This document shows positions 13,801 to 27,182 of a stretch of 64,000 nucleotides of DNA, one piece after another. The stretch is from positions 230,640,001 through 230,704,000 of the forward strand of contig OZ024741.1 of the NCBI GenBank assembly GCA_964016885.1, read 5' to 3'. Numbering within the stretch: position 1 is the stretch's first letter; every line of letters begins with the position of its first letter. A model generated the notes under the pieces. It was not told the DNA's origin. It worked only from the letters and a program-made list of their open reading frames with translations, and searched no databases. The translations under genes and the position numbers were made by a program. Source of the stretch: Eledone cirrhosa. Lineage: Eukaryota.

Positions 13801-16487
13801 GCTCTCTCAAGATAACAATTAGATTAGAATCCATAGCTTTTAGCAAAGAATTAGCTTTAGAAAAAGATAACCAGAGAGAGAACTGGTAGCCAAAGTAGAG
13901 GAGGCGCTTAGGAGTGGCAACGCCGCTAGGGTGCTAGCAACGAGAACGCCACTGGACCAGTTCTTCGATGCGAAACACGAAGGCTGCGTTGTCAGGAGTA
14001 GATCAAGTGATCTAGGAAACGACAGAGCAAAAGCTGCTAGCTGGGCCCGAGTGGCAGAAGCGAAAAGTGGCAACAAGTCCACGATTCGGTCTTTGAAAGA
14101 CCAAAACGGACGCGTGCTACTTGATACCAAGCAGATGTGTACGGCCTTTCAGCAGCACTTTGCGCAACTGTTCGGGCAGAGCGGTGCACCGAACGAGGCA
14201 ATGGACTTCGGTTCATACATCGACGGCCTACCGCGACTCTTGAGCATGGACGCGAGGTTCTGCGAAAGACCGATCACACCCGCTGAGATACAGGATGCTC
14301 TAGGCCGCTGCGGGAAACGCAAATCACCCGGTCTAGATGATCTACCATATGAGCTTTACATAGGCATGCCGGACTTGTTCTCTGGCGTCCTCAAAGCCGT
14401 CTACTGCAACTGGCAGCAGACCGGGAGAATTCATAGTTCTGTAGGAAGGGGCGTAGTCACGCTGATCAGGAAAGACGAGAGGAAAAGTGACGAAATAAGC
14501 AATATCAGGCCCATAACTCTCCTAAACACAGAGTTAAAGATTTTGGCCAAGGTGTTAGCAACGAGGCTGGCGCTTGTCGTCGAGAACCTGGTAGGAAAAG
14601 CACAAACGTGTGCAATCCCAACCAGACCCAAACACGACAACCTCCACCTCATGCGATACATCATAGAGAGGGTGGAGTCTGAACCCCGCTTTGGTGGGCT
14701 CTGATCAATTTAGATCAGTCTAAGGCAATTTGATAGGGTCAACCATCAATACTTGGAAGCGATGCTCAAGGCGGCCGGTTTCGGACTCGTCTTCAGAGGC
14801 TGGATCACAGCCATGCACACGAACATCTGCTCGACAGTCAAGGTGAACGGCTACCTATCGGCGCCGTTCCAAATCACGCGTTTCAGCCGACAGGGATGCC
14901 CTCTCTCCTCCATTCTGTACGTGCTGACTCTCGAGTCACTGCTGCGGAAGCTGTAGCATTTGCAGGGAATCCCTTTGGAACCGGGTCTGTGAAAGCGGCG
15001 TCGGCTTATGCCGACCATGTATCAATAATGGTGTCGAAAACCTCGAAAATCGGACGTACGGGAACTTACTGCAGGAATACGAAAGGCTTATATGAGCAAA
15101 GCTGAACCCGGACAAGTCGGTGGGCTTGAAGCTCGGCACCTGGAGAGGCAAGCCCATGCCGCCCGACAGCGTTGTGTGGCGCTGGATGGAAGGACCGGTG
15201 AAATTGCTGGTTCGGTCCGGACCTCCAGGTGTAGAAAAACTGAAACGAGGTCATGACCAAGGTATTTGCGCTCATCCAGAATTGGGCCGAGTGAAAACTA
15301 TCCTTGAAAGGTCGAGCGGAGGTAGCGAACACTTTCATAGTGTCCGTCATCTACTACCGCTTGACCGTCGTGTCTTGTCCCCGTGAAAACCTCACCCAAA
15401 TGGAACGCATGCTCTTCCAATTCTTTGGAAGAAGCAGGCTCCGCTGATGAGGAGATCCGTCTGCTGCCAGCATCCTTCCAGCGGAGGGCTGGGAATGCCG
15501 TGGCTGAGGATGCGCCAACACCCGCTGAGGCTACGGCATCTCCGGATATTCCTCACCGACCATCCGGTGTGGGCCCCGTTTGTGACACAAGGCTTTCCAC
15601 AACTTGTCTATCTGACGGAGCTGCAGTCCTGGGTCAAGCAGAGACAGAATAAAATGGGCGCCTGGCACATCGAATGAGATCAGGCGCTCACAGTCCTCTG
15701 TCAAGCGGGCACAGCAATCATTGGAGATTCACTTCATCATTCTATAGAGGGCTAGTACGGTACAAGTGCGGCGATGTTCTTGGAGAGACTCTGGGCGTCG
15801 AAGAACACGAGCTAACCAGTCTGTTCAGTAGGACTTTCCGCCCAGGACCTATGGACAACTTCCAAAAGTCCCTGGCCTGGTAGTGCTACCGAGGAGCTCT
15901 ACCAGTCCGCGACAATATCTACAGGCACGGATCCTTCAAAGAGGACGTGTCCAAGATGCGAGCGGGACATTGAAACCGTCCTGCACGCAATTGTACACTG
16001 CCCGGGCGTAACCAGCCTGTGGAACTGCGCAGAACAACTACTGTCGCGTGTGGGAAAAATCCAGTTGATAGCCGATCAAACCACCACCAACATTTAAAAA
16101 CGAAGGAGAGGCGGTTTTCCTCTGTATGGTGGCTATGGTGAAAGAGGTAATATGGTGGACAACGTTCTGAGGACTGAGGACAGATGCCTTTCTCTCCGGA
16201 TAACAGCTCATTCCCTTCTTTAGATACAACTTCAGAAGGAGAATCAGAGTGGAGAGAGAGGTACTGCACCCCAGTAAATTTACTGAACGGTGGGTGAATG
16301 TGGCGAGAATGGCCCGAGTGACCTCTAGTTTGAGGAAGAGAGCGAAAAGAAGAAAGGAGCACTTGCAAAACATGCTCCTGGAGTTGAGGGTCATTCTATC
16401 TACGGGGTATAAAACAACCCATTTGTAACGCCTTCCGCTATTGGGGATTTCAATTGTTAAATTATTATGTTAAATATTTTTACATGA

Positions 16488-17492
16488 ATATAAGTATGTA
16501 TACGTACATACATATATGTATACAGGCGTACAGTAGTATGTATATATATATACATACATGCACATATATATATGTACGTATGGATTTACCGAACATTTAT
16601 TATAATGCTCGGTGTGTTTGTAAACAAACATCCCGAATTAAGACGTACAGTGTCTAGCAACCATCGTTGCTCATTTGTTCAACCCTGACAAAGGAACGCT
16701 GTACTAGTTTCAAGCTTATTAGCTATGGTTAGCAACGTATACCTTCCTGCCAGATGATTGAACGTCTGAAAGTATATACTTTCCTTATGCATATTAACGG
16801 CTGAGCAGCCTAATTTGCATATCGAGTGAGTTAATTGGCCGGGGTGCCGAAAACGATAAACGGAAAAAATGAAACGAAATTTCATTTCTCACTCTTAAAT
16901 ATAAGTATGTATACGTACATACATATATGTATACAGACGTACAGTAGTATGTATATATATATATACATACATGCACACATATATATATGTACGTATGGAT
17001 TCACCGAACATTTATTATAATGCTCGGTTTGTTTGTAAACAAACATCCCGAATTAAGCCGTACAGTGTCTAGCAACCATCGGCCGATTAACTCACTCGAT
17101 ATGCAAATCAGGCTGCTCAGCCATTAATATGCATAAGGAAAGTATATACTTTCAGACGTTCAATCATCTGGCAGGAAGGTATACGTTGCTGACGATAGCT
17201 AATAAGCTTGAAACTAGTACAGCGTTCCTTTGTCAGGGTTGAACAAATGAGCAACGATGGTTGCTAGACACTGTACGGCTTAATTCGGGATGTTTGTTTA
17301 CAAACAAACCGAGCATTATAATAAATGTTCGGCGAATCCATACGTACATATATATATGTGTGCATGTATGTATATATATATATACATACTACTGTACGTC
17401 TGTATACATATATGTATGTACGTGTACATACTTATATTTAAGTAACAGCCGTACTAAGAGTGATGAATGAAATTTCGTTTCATTTTTCCGTT
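16488..17492. mobile_element. Non-coding ~430-bp-unit HHR element (retrozyme-like), ~1.4 units plus ~1 inverted unit, inserted in the LINE 3' UTR
   Basis: Unit start AATATAAGTATG at 16487 and 16898; inversion at ~17081; candidate TSD TATTTTTACA(T/A)GA at 16475-16487 / 17493-17505. Same family as 54907-56248. Confidence 0.88.
17158..17245 (+). ncRNA. Type I hammerhead ribozyme motif of the 430-bp family
   Basis: ACGTTG|CTGACGA(17189-17195)|T-AGCT-AATA-AGCT-T|GAAA(17210-17213)|CTAG|TA|CAGCGT. Stem I extends via AAGG/CCTT, CTGGCA/TGTCAG and GTTCAATC/GGTTGAAC. Confidence 0.78.
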
Positions 17493-17599
17493 TATTTTTA
17501 CAAGATTGTCTGTAAAATCTCCGCCATATGCCTGTGTATTGTCCCATATTCTTGTGAAACCTTGTGGCAAATAAAGGAATCAATCTATCTATCTATTTA

Positions 17600-20250
17600 T
17601 CTGGCCCCAACCCTGAACTATACTGACGACTGTATCAGTCCCACGACACTCACCCGGCAACAGAACGACTCATTTCTCTCTTTACTCTTCTCCTTTCATC
17701 TCTCCCTCCACTTCTCCACTTCCATCTCCACCACCTCCGTCCACTTCTTGGAAATCTCCGTCGCCATTGACCTCTCGCTCCGCCCACTCATCATCTCCGC
17801 CTTTTTCAAACCTTCTGGCTCCCACTCCTACCTCAACTTTACCTTCTCCCACTCCACTCACACCAAACACTCCATTTCCAACTCCTAACTTCTCCAAATC
17901 CACTGCCTTTGCAGCCGAGGTGCAGAATTAGAAACCCAGGCATTTACTCTAGTTCACCATTTCACTCGGAAAGGTTACCTTCTCCCTGTTCCACGACAAC
18001 CTCTCCCGCGCTCGCACCGTACACCACACCACCACCATAAACCCACGCCCTCTCGCACACCGACCGACCGTCACCCTTTCCCCCATCACCATTTCCCCGC
18101 CACCTAACCCTCCAAAGCTCCATCCTACGACTTTTCCGGCACCTCCAATCAGATTCCTCCACCTCCCCCTTCTTCCCACTCCCATCCCTCCTTCAAGCGC
18201 GTACGCAACCTCCGCAACATCCTCGTCCGCAGCTCGCTACCCCCATCCATCTTCCTTCCTTCGGGTCCCTCACCTGCTCCCGACCCCTTTGCCACACATG
18301 CCCTCACATCACCAACAACACTACCTTCCAGGTGCCCAAGGTCCACTCCCTCCATGCCTGGCGCACTCTTTTGCTGCACCTCCTCCAGCCTTGCCTATGG
18401 ACTCCGCTGCATGTAGTCCGGTGTGATCTATGTCGGACAGACTGGACGCCGTTTGGCCGACCGGTTCGCCAAACAGCTCCTCGATATCCGCCTCGGCTCC
18501 CGTTCCCCCCATTGTTCGACACTTCTGCTCAGCCAGTCTCACAATCTGACTACCTGTGGCTCTGCAACCCCGGATTCTCAACTGAGGGCCGAGCAGCGGA
18601 CGATTTTCTGACTTCAGATCTGGACCACCACCGGTTTAAACACTCCACCCTTCATCTCTTAGCCACCCCTACAACCTCCCTTCCCGACTGATACCACTAA
18701 TCCACTAACCCCCTCCCACACACACACATATCCTACCCCACCCTTGGTTAAGTCCAATCTATCCGTACACTACACAAAACATACACGCACTTATACCCTG
18801 AAACACACACACACCAGTATATACGCTTACATACATCAAAACAACGAGAGAGAGCGTCTGTCCGACACACACCGACAATATCTACTCGTATGACCACTAC
18901 GATATATACACACACGAACAGAGACAGCTATACACACATATATATATATACACACGTAACTAACAGTTTCAACCGCTCACACACATCTGTCTGTATACAC
19001 AGCCGCTTACTCCTCACACACACTTACAGAATCCACATCGCCTTTTCTCTCACACGTGTCTTAGTATCACTACCTCCCCCCTTCTCTCTCACCCACTTGT
19101 CAGTTGTCACCTTCGTCTTATACACTTTGTCCTTTTACACTTTTGACTAAACCACTTCTTTCGGTTGCGCGCGCCACCCCGGCATTTCACTTCTTTCTAT
19201 CTTCAATTTCTCTCTTGGATTTGACCACACGCCGTTAACTTCTTCATCTATCTCTGGATTTTTACGATCCACACATATAAAGGAACATAGACACACACAA
19301 ACATGTACACCATTTCCAGACATACGCAACTACGCTCCTTACACTAACCCACAACACGCATAAACATACCAGGCATGTGTCAGTACTCGTTATTTAACCT
19401 ATGTTCAAATGAGTTCAAATCCCGCCGAGGTTGACTTTGCCTTTCATCCTTACGGGGTCGATAAAATAAAGTACCAGTAATGCACTGGGTAATTGCTGGC
19501 CTTGTGCCTAAAGTAGAAACAGTTATTTAACCTACGTTCTCATACACATTCACTTCATTTCAACCACACGTACTTACATCCAAACACACACACACACATC
19601 TAAACATACACTCACACTTTACCCTACACCGCCTCCAGATTCGACAGGTTCATATCTCGTCCTTCTATCCTGAGTCCTCCATCTACACACACACACGTAT
19701 ACACACCAACACACACACAGGAACATATACACGCACAGGCATATACACTATTCCCCCACACACAGTCTTTTCAGAACAAAGATTCACATACACTCGCTTC
19801 TTTTCAGACTCAAATACTTACATCTACACACACACTCACATCTACACATACACACACACCTTAACATCCGCCATCCCCTCCTGGACTCCGAGTATTTTGC
19901 TTCCCCCTCCAACCTCTCTCACCTTCTCCCCAACAACCCACCCACATACACACTACCACAACCTTGTCATCTCAACACCACCCATCTCGGACTTATACAC
20001 CCCTACCCCCTTTATCTTAACATTTTTTTAATTTTTACATAAAATTTTTTTTTATTTATATCTATTTTTTTTTATTTTTCTCTTCATGTGTGTTCTTTTC
20101 TTTGTAACTACCCTCCTTAAAACCTCCCTTACTCCCTCTCAAAGTTCCTGTTCTGCCCCTATCCGAACTTTCCTGATGAAAGAATTATGTCTGAAAATTT
20201 GAAACTTCCTCAACTTCCAAGTGTGAACCTAATATAACTGTACAATTGCC
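17600..20250 (+). mobile_element. 5'-truncated Penelope-like element (RT 3' half + GIY-YIG endonuclease, degenerate)
   Basis: LNYTDDC (YxDD), VHFLEISV, FFKPSGSHSYLNF, then IYVGQTGRRLADRF (GIY-YIG). Long CA-rich 3' region ends in a decayed CTGATGA..GAAA at ~20173-20205. Confidence 0.8.
19408..19521 (+). mobile_element. 5'-truncated SINE with target-site duplication
   Basis: Starts at the B box GAGTTCAAATCCC. Flanked by GTTATTTAACCTA(T/C)GTTC on both sides. Confidence 0.88.
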
Positions 20251-21211
20251 TCCTGTGTTGGAACGGATTTGGGCGAGAGTAGATCGGATAGTCAACTGCA
20301 TGAGCTGGTGAGAGGAGCGGGTAAGGATGGGCTCAGAAGTGGGAGTGGGTTAAAATGCGGGGTAGAACTTGAGGCGGAAGCCTCGGGGAATGAGGTGGTG
20401 GTGGTGGTGTTGGTGGTGGTGGTGATGGTGGTAGTGGTGGTGGTGGTGGTGGAGACAGCGACTTAGAAATGTGATGTGACTGTTATATTTTGTTTTAGTG
20501 AAGATGAAATTGGAGAGATGCACGGAGGATTGAATGCAAATAGGGGGGAGAGGTTTGAGGAGTCATTTGAGAGTGGAATGGAGCTGGCGGAGAAAAGATT
20601 TGAGATTGGACATGTTACTTATACTATTCTTTAAACAGCGTATCTTGTGCATTTAATCCAGTCATTCTTCTGGTGGGGGCTCTCAGAGTCCCCTTCGAGG
20701 TGTTTTTGTATAACGTTTAAAAGAAAGCAGATTTTTCTGTCATTTGTTGACTTTTCCAAAAATAAACCTTGTTAAATGGTCAAATAACTGATTTTCGAAA
20801 CGTTTTCCAAGCTGCAATAAAAATAACAGGAGTTTATAGGAGGTGTAAAATAATAGTTCTTTCTTTTCTCTTGTTAGAAAATTTGATTATACAGACTTTG
20901 AAACCAAAATAATATCGCCAAACAAAATTAGGAACTGATGACGTCATGAGAATAATGATGACGTCAGCATTCTTTTAATGGAGAATTGTTTGCCTATCAA
21001 TAATCTTCACAGGCATGCGGAGCCCTTCTCCAACAGGCATGCGGAGCCCCTAAAGTCTCTAGGTATTAGAGGGTTAAAACCGTGGGAGGCTATACATCTC
21101 CAGGTGTGACCACTGTCGATTTCTACCAACACGCTAGCTCACTTTGGCTGGTTATTTTGTAATTAAGTTGCTCAACTTACTGTACTATGTTAACAACACA
21201 CCCTTACGTGG

Positions 21212-21265
<54 letters not shown>

Positions 21266-21290
21266 ATATTAATAAATGGAAACTATATTT

Positions 21291-21382
21291 ATAAAACCAT
21301 ATTTATGTTATTATACATATTTCAAGGGCAACCAAGGCAAATTATGGTGCGCTTTCATCAGATAAAATACATATTTGTTTTA
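21291..21382 (-). ncRNA. Minimal type I HHR in PLE terminal repeat (left arm)
   Basis: Minus strand: ATATGTATTTTAT|CTGATGA|AAG..CTT|GAAA|TATGTA|TA|ATAACATAAATAT. Confidence 0.7.
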
Positions 21383-24300
21383 TAAATAAATCTTGACATA
21401 CCAGGAAAGAAATACAACCTTAACGGTTGGAGCTTCCTGGATAGTGGAGATATTACATTTATTGAGGGTAATACAAATTTATGAGTGAGTATGCAAATGA
21501 GTGTCCGAAAGGTTGAAATGATAACGGTTTATTTAAATTAAACTGTTGGAAGAAGGTGATATGTGAGTGATAGAGAACAGATAGAAAAAAGAAAAAAAGA
21601 AAAACAATAGAAAAAAGAAAAAAAGGAAGGAGAAAGATAGAAGAGGAAAGAAAGAACGATTATATATATTGATAGTGAAAATAGAGTGCACGAAGAGATA
21701 AATATAGACAGCGTAAGTATATCTAAAAGAGAGAAGAAATGAGAATAACGTGGAAGAATAATAGTTATAATGCAGGATTATTACGTTTTGATTATAATAC
21801 TTATAATGATAGGTTGAAAAATTAGATTAAAATTAAATTAAAATTAAAAATTAGAAATCAAAATTAAACATTAAAATTTACCTCAATATTAAAGATTTAA
21901 TTTAATAATTTAATATTAAAAATTAGTTTAAATGTTAAGGATTATAAATTATTTAAATAAATATATAGTATTTTACATTCGAGCAAAACTAATATAGTTT
22001 ATTTTATTAAAAGTTGTAAGTCAAAATTTAAACATCCAAATAATCCTAAATTTATGAAAAATTTACGAGAGTTTACAAAAGAATAACCTCTTAGTTATAA
22101 AAACAGTAAGGAAGTGTAAAGGAAGTTGGAAGTGATTTTTTTAAGAATAGTAAGGAAGTGTAAAGGAAGTTAGAAGTGATTTTTTAAGAACTCAGATGAC
22201 TCTAAGGATTAAATGTTATAAAGTTAAAAAGTTAAAAAATGTTTATCTTAAAAATATAATTAAAACATGAACCATATGTTAGTTTATACGAAGTCATAAA
22301 TTTACTTGCTATAAAGTTAAAACATTAACATTAAAAAAATTTATCTTAAGAATATATTTAAAGCATAAATCATAGGTTATTCCACATATATATAAAAAAC
22401 CTATATATAAAAATCACATGTTTTTCCACATATATATAAACATTTGGATATATATATTAAACACGTTTGGAGATATGAAAAATATAAAAATATAAAAATA
22501 TTGGAAGGTAAGAAAATAATGGTTTTTCTATATCTTTCAAAGGAATTTTCAAAAGATTTTTCCTTAAACCTTCCGTAAGTTTTTCAAGAAAAAAACTTTC
22601 TTAAAGGAGTTTCAAGCAGTCATATAAAAAAAATGTTATTATCTATCGATAGGTGTAATAATACAAAGTATATAGTATATATATGTGAAGTAGAGATATG
22701 AATCATATATAGATATAGAAGACATTATGTAAAAGAGATAAATCATATATTACATTTTATATATATATTTAAAAGTTGAGTTTAAACGATGTTTGCAGGA
22801 ACTGAATAAATTATTTCGCAAATTAATAGAGTTCTCACTATTTAGTATAAAGAATATTTCTTCAACACAAAGAGAACAATGTTGGGATAAAGCAGTGTAT
22901 GAAGGAACTTTGGAAATAATTTTCCAAAGTAAAGAATAGGTAATATTCTTGGGTTCCAGGTCCCATAATAAGTTAGATAGAGAAGTTGAAGATTTTTTAC
23001 CAATATTCGCAAAGGAACATTTATGGTTATTACAACGAGATTTGATGTCTGTGGAAGTAGCTGAATTAGTTAAATGTGTTTTCATTTGTTTTGACATTAC
23101 AATTATTATTTAGAGGACAGTTAGATTTATTTCTACAATTACATTTATCTGAGTTTATATTATTGGGAGCCGTAACATTATATTGGATATTGCTAGGAGT
23201 ATTAATGCTATTCTGGTTAGGTTTTAAGTTTCTATTATTAATTCTATTAATATTCTGCGCTAAATTCATACTGGTGGAATATGAGAGTTTAATAGTATGT
23301 CTATTAAAGATTGAGTAATACCTGTGTGTCTTAGGAGAGCACCTATCTAGAGATTTAAAGAATAATTTAGCAATAGGAGTTTTAATACTTAATGAGAAAG
23401 GGGGCGCGAACCATAATATATTTCTAGTTCTATGTTTTCTATTGCCTGCTCTACCTAACGCTTCGTTATAATATTGTGCCTTATCTTCAAATATATTTTT
23501 ATTCGCTGAAATTCTAGAAATACTTTGCTGTACAGAATTTACAATAGTGTTTTTAACGGATCTGGGGTGATTGGAATGAAAGTTAACATAGTTTAAATTC
23601 TCGTTTAATTTATGAAATGGACCATAAAGAGCAGTGTTCAGGTTTAAAGTTACATCTAAAAAATTAACTATTTCATAATTAATCTCTACTTCTACTTTAA
23701 GATTAACGCTATTAAAAAGTTGTATAATTTCTTTTCCTTTTATTTCACAATTATTATTATTTTCAATAAGTAATAGCATAACGTCACGATATAAACCACC
23801 GGTCATCTCCGGTATTTTACTATGTAAAGTATTGTTAATAAAAAGCCCCACAAGATCCGTTAATTGCGCCGAGTTCGATGATCCCATAGTCATATCGAAA
23901 TTGTTATCTCTGTCTGCTCTAGTCCAAAGGTGGTTGCTAAATTTAATTAATGTTTTACGTGCAGTTAAGATAATGTGCATTTCATTGCTAGTTAAATCTG
24001 TATATTTAAATGCAAAATTGTTCTCTTTGTGTAGAAGAAATATTCTTTACACCAAAAGTGAGAACTCTATTAATTTGCGAAATAATTTATTCAGTTCCTG
24101 CAAACATCGTTTAAACTCAACTTTTAAATATATATATAAAATGTAATATATGATTTATCTCTTTTACATAATGCCTTCTATATCTATATATGATTCATAT
24201 CTCTACTTCACATATATATACTATATACTTTATATTATTACACCTATCGATAGATAATAAAATTTTTTTATATGACTGCTTGAAACTCCTTTAAGAAAAC

Positions 24301-25504
24301 ATTTTTTCTTGAAAAACTTACGGAAGGTTTTAGGAAAAATCTTTTGAAAATTCCTTTGAAAGATATAGAAAAACCATTATTTTCACACCTTCCAATATTT
24401 TTATATTTTTTATATCTCCAAACGTGTTTAATATATATATCTAAATGTTTATATATATGTGGAAAAACATAGGATTTTTATATATAGGTTTTTTTTATAT
24501 ATATGTGGAATAACCTATGATTGATGCTTTAAATATATTCTTAAGATAAATTTTTTTAATGTTAATGTTTTAACTTTATAGCAAGTAAATTTATGACTTC
24601 GTATAAACTAACATATGGTTCATGTTTTAATTATATTTTTAAGATAAACATTTTTTAACTTTTTAACTTTATAACATTTAATCCTTAGAGTCATCTGAGT
24701 TCTTAAAAAATCACTTCTAACTTCCTTTACACTTCCTTACTATTCTTAAAAAAATCACTTCCAACTTCCTTTACACTTCCTTACTGTTTTTATAACTAAG
24801 AGGTTATTCTTTTGTAAACTCTCGTAAATTTTTCATAAATTTAGGATTATTTGGATGTTTAAATTTTGACTTACAACTTTTAATAAAATAAACTATATTA
24901 GTTTTGCTCGAATGTAAAATACTATATATTTATTTAAATAATTTATAATCCTTAACATTTAAACTAATTTTTAATATTAAAATATTAAATTAAATCTTTA
25001 ATATTAAGGTATATTTTAATGTTTAATTTTGATTTCTAATTTTTAATTTTAATTTAATTTTAATCTAATTTTTCAACCTATCATTATAAGTATTATAATG
25101 AAAACGTAATGAATCCTGCATTAATATTATTATCTTCCACCATATTCTCATTTCTTCTCTCTTTTAGATATACATACGCTGTCTATATTTATCTTTTCAT
25201 GCACTCTATTTTCACTATTAATATATATAATCGTTCTTTCTTTCCTTTTCTATCTTTTTCTTTCCTTTTTTGTTTTTACCTTTTTTTGTTTTTTTGTTTT
25301 TTCTCTTTCTTTCTCTCTCCCTCACATATCACCTTATTCCAACAGTTTAATTTAAATAAACCGTTATCTTTTCAACGTTTCGGACACTCATTTGCATACT
25401 CACTCATAATTTTGTATCACCCTCAATAAATGTAATATCTCCACTATCCAGGAAGCTCCAACCGTTAAGTTTGTCTTTTTTTCTGGGTAAGTCAATATTT
25501 ATTT

Positions 25505-25597
25505 ATAAAACAAATCTCTATTTTCCTGATGAAAGCGCACAGTAATTTGCCTTGGTTGCCCTTGAAATAAGTATAATAAAATAAATATGGTTTTATA
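25505..25597 (+). ncRNA. Minimal type I HHR in PLE terminal repeat (right arm, more diverged)
   Basis: CTGATGA 25526-25532, GAAA 25564-25567, TAAGTA, TA, ATAAAATA. Confidence 0.6.
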
Positions 25598-25694
25598 AAT
25601 ATAGTTTCCATTTATTAATATATTGTATATTTACTCCACTCACTGTTAAGTGCTTTCTATCAGTTATACACATTTTAAAATTAAATATAACCTC

Positions 25695-26724
<1,030 letters not shown>

Positions 26725-27182
26725 ATATATATATATATATATAAAATATATAGGTTTACATATCAGTTAAGAATAATCTTTTTCCAATTGAGTTTGTTTC
26801 CTGATGATTTCGAAACTCATTGATTTATCTATGATCGGATATTTCCAAAAAGCGAATGACACCTCCGGGGGTAAAAACATCATTTTGGTATGTTTATGTA
26901 CATTTTTTCTTCTAACTTTCATGTTGTACCTAATTGTGTATGGTTAACTATATGTCTAGTCAATTTCTACGGGCCTTTAGAAATACTAGGTAAATCTTCT
27001 GTGGCTGTGGATCGCGGATAAAATAGCTATCATTTATTCATCTATTGCTTCTTCATAGGTATATTTTTATCTTATAGCCTCGTCTAATTGATTTTTTATG
27101 TGGTTGATTATGCTGATTGGAGAAGAAATACTGTATATATTTTATGAAATGATTCTATGGATTTACTTTCTTATATATATAT

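Larger units (their letters stand above)
10953..17582 (+). mobile_element. L1/Tx1-clade non-LTR retrotransposon, near full length, degenerate (ORF1 ~11161-12900; ORF2 APE+RT ~12930-16400)
   Basis: APE motifs (FRLVAVY, WTWTN..SYLDRF, SDHKLV, GPGYWKLN), RT motifs (KSPGLD, RPITLLNTELKILAKVL, QGCPLS, AYADHV) and a C-terminal CPRC..H..C finger. AATAAA near 17569. Flanked by the direct repeat ATCTATCTATCTA (10940-10952 / 17583-17595). Confidence 0.92.
21261..25627 (-). mobile_element. Penelope-like element with RT/GIY-YIG remnant (22750-24010, -) and ~1.6-kb inverted repeats (21261-22880 / 24017-25627)
   Basis: MTMGSSNSAQLTDLVG, GGLYRDV (YxDD-derived), VNFLDVTLNL, YVNFHSNHP, WFAPPFS, CNCRNKSNCPL, KSRCNNHKCSF, CSLCVEE. 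Arms are reverse complements with (TA)n outside both ends. Confidence 0.9.

Noticed and set aside
21005-21078. Duplicated ACAGGCATGCGGAGCCC and GGG-TTAA end suggesting a piggyBac terminus
   Set aside because: No matching left end or transposase found.
26788-26822. CTGATGA-TTTC-GAAA as a hammerhead
   Set aside because: No stem II and no stem I hairpin can be formed.
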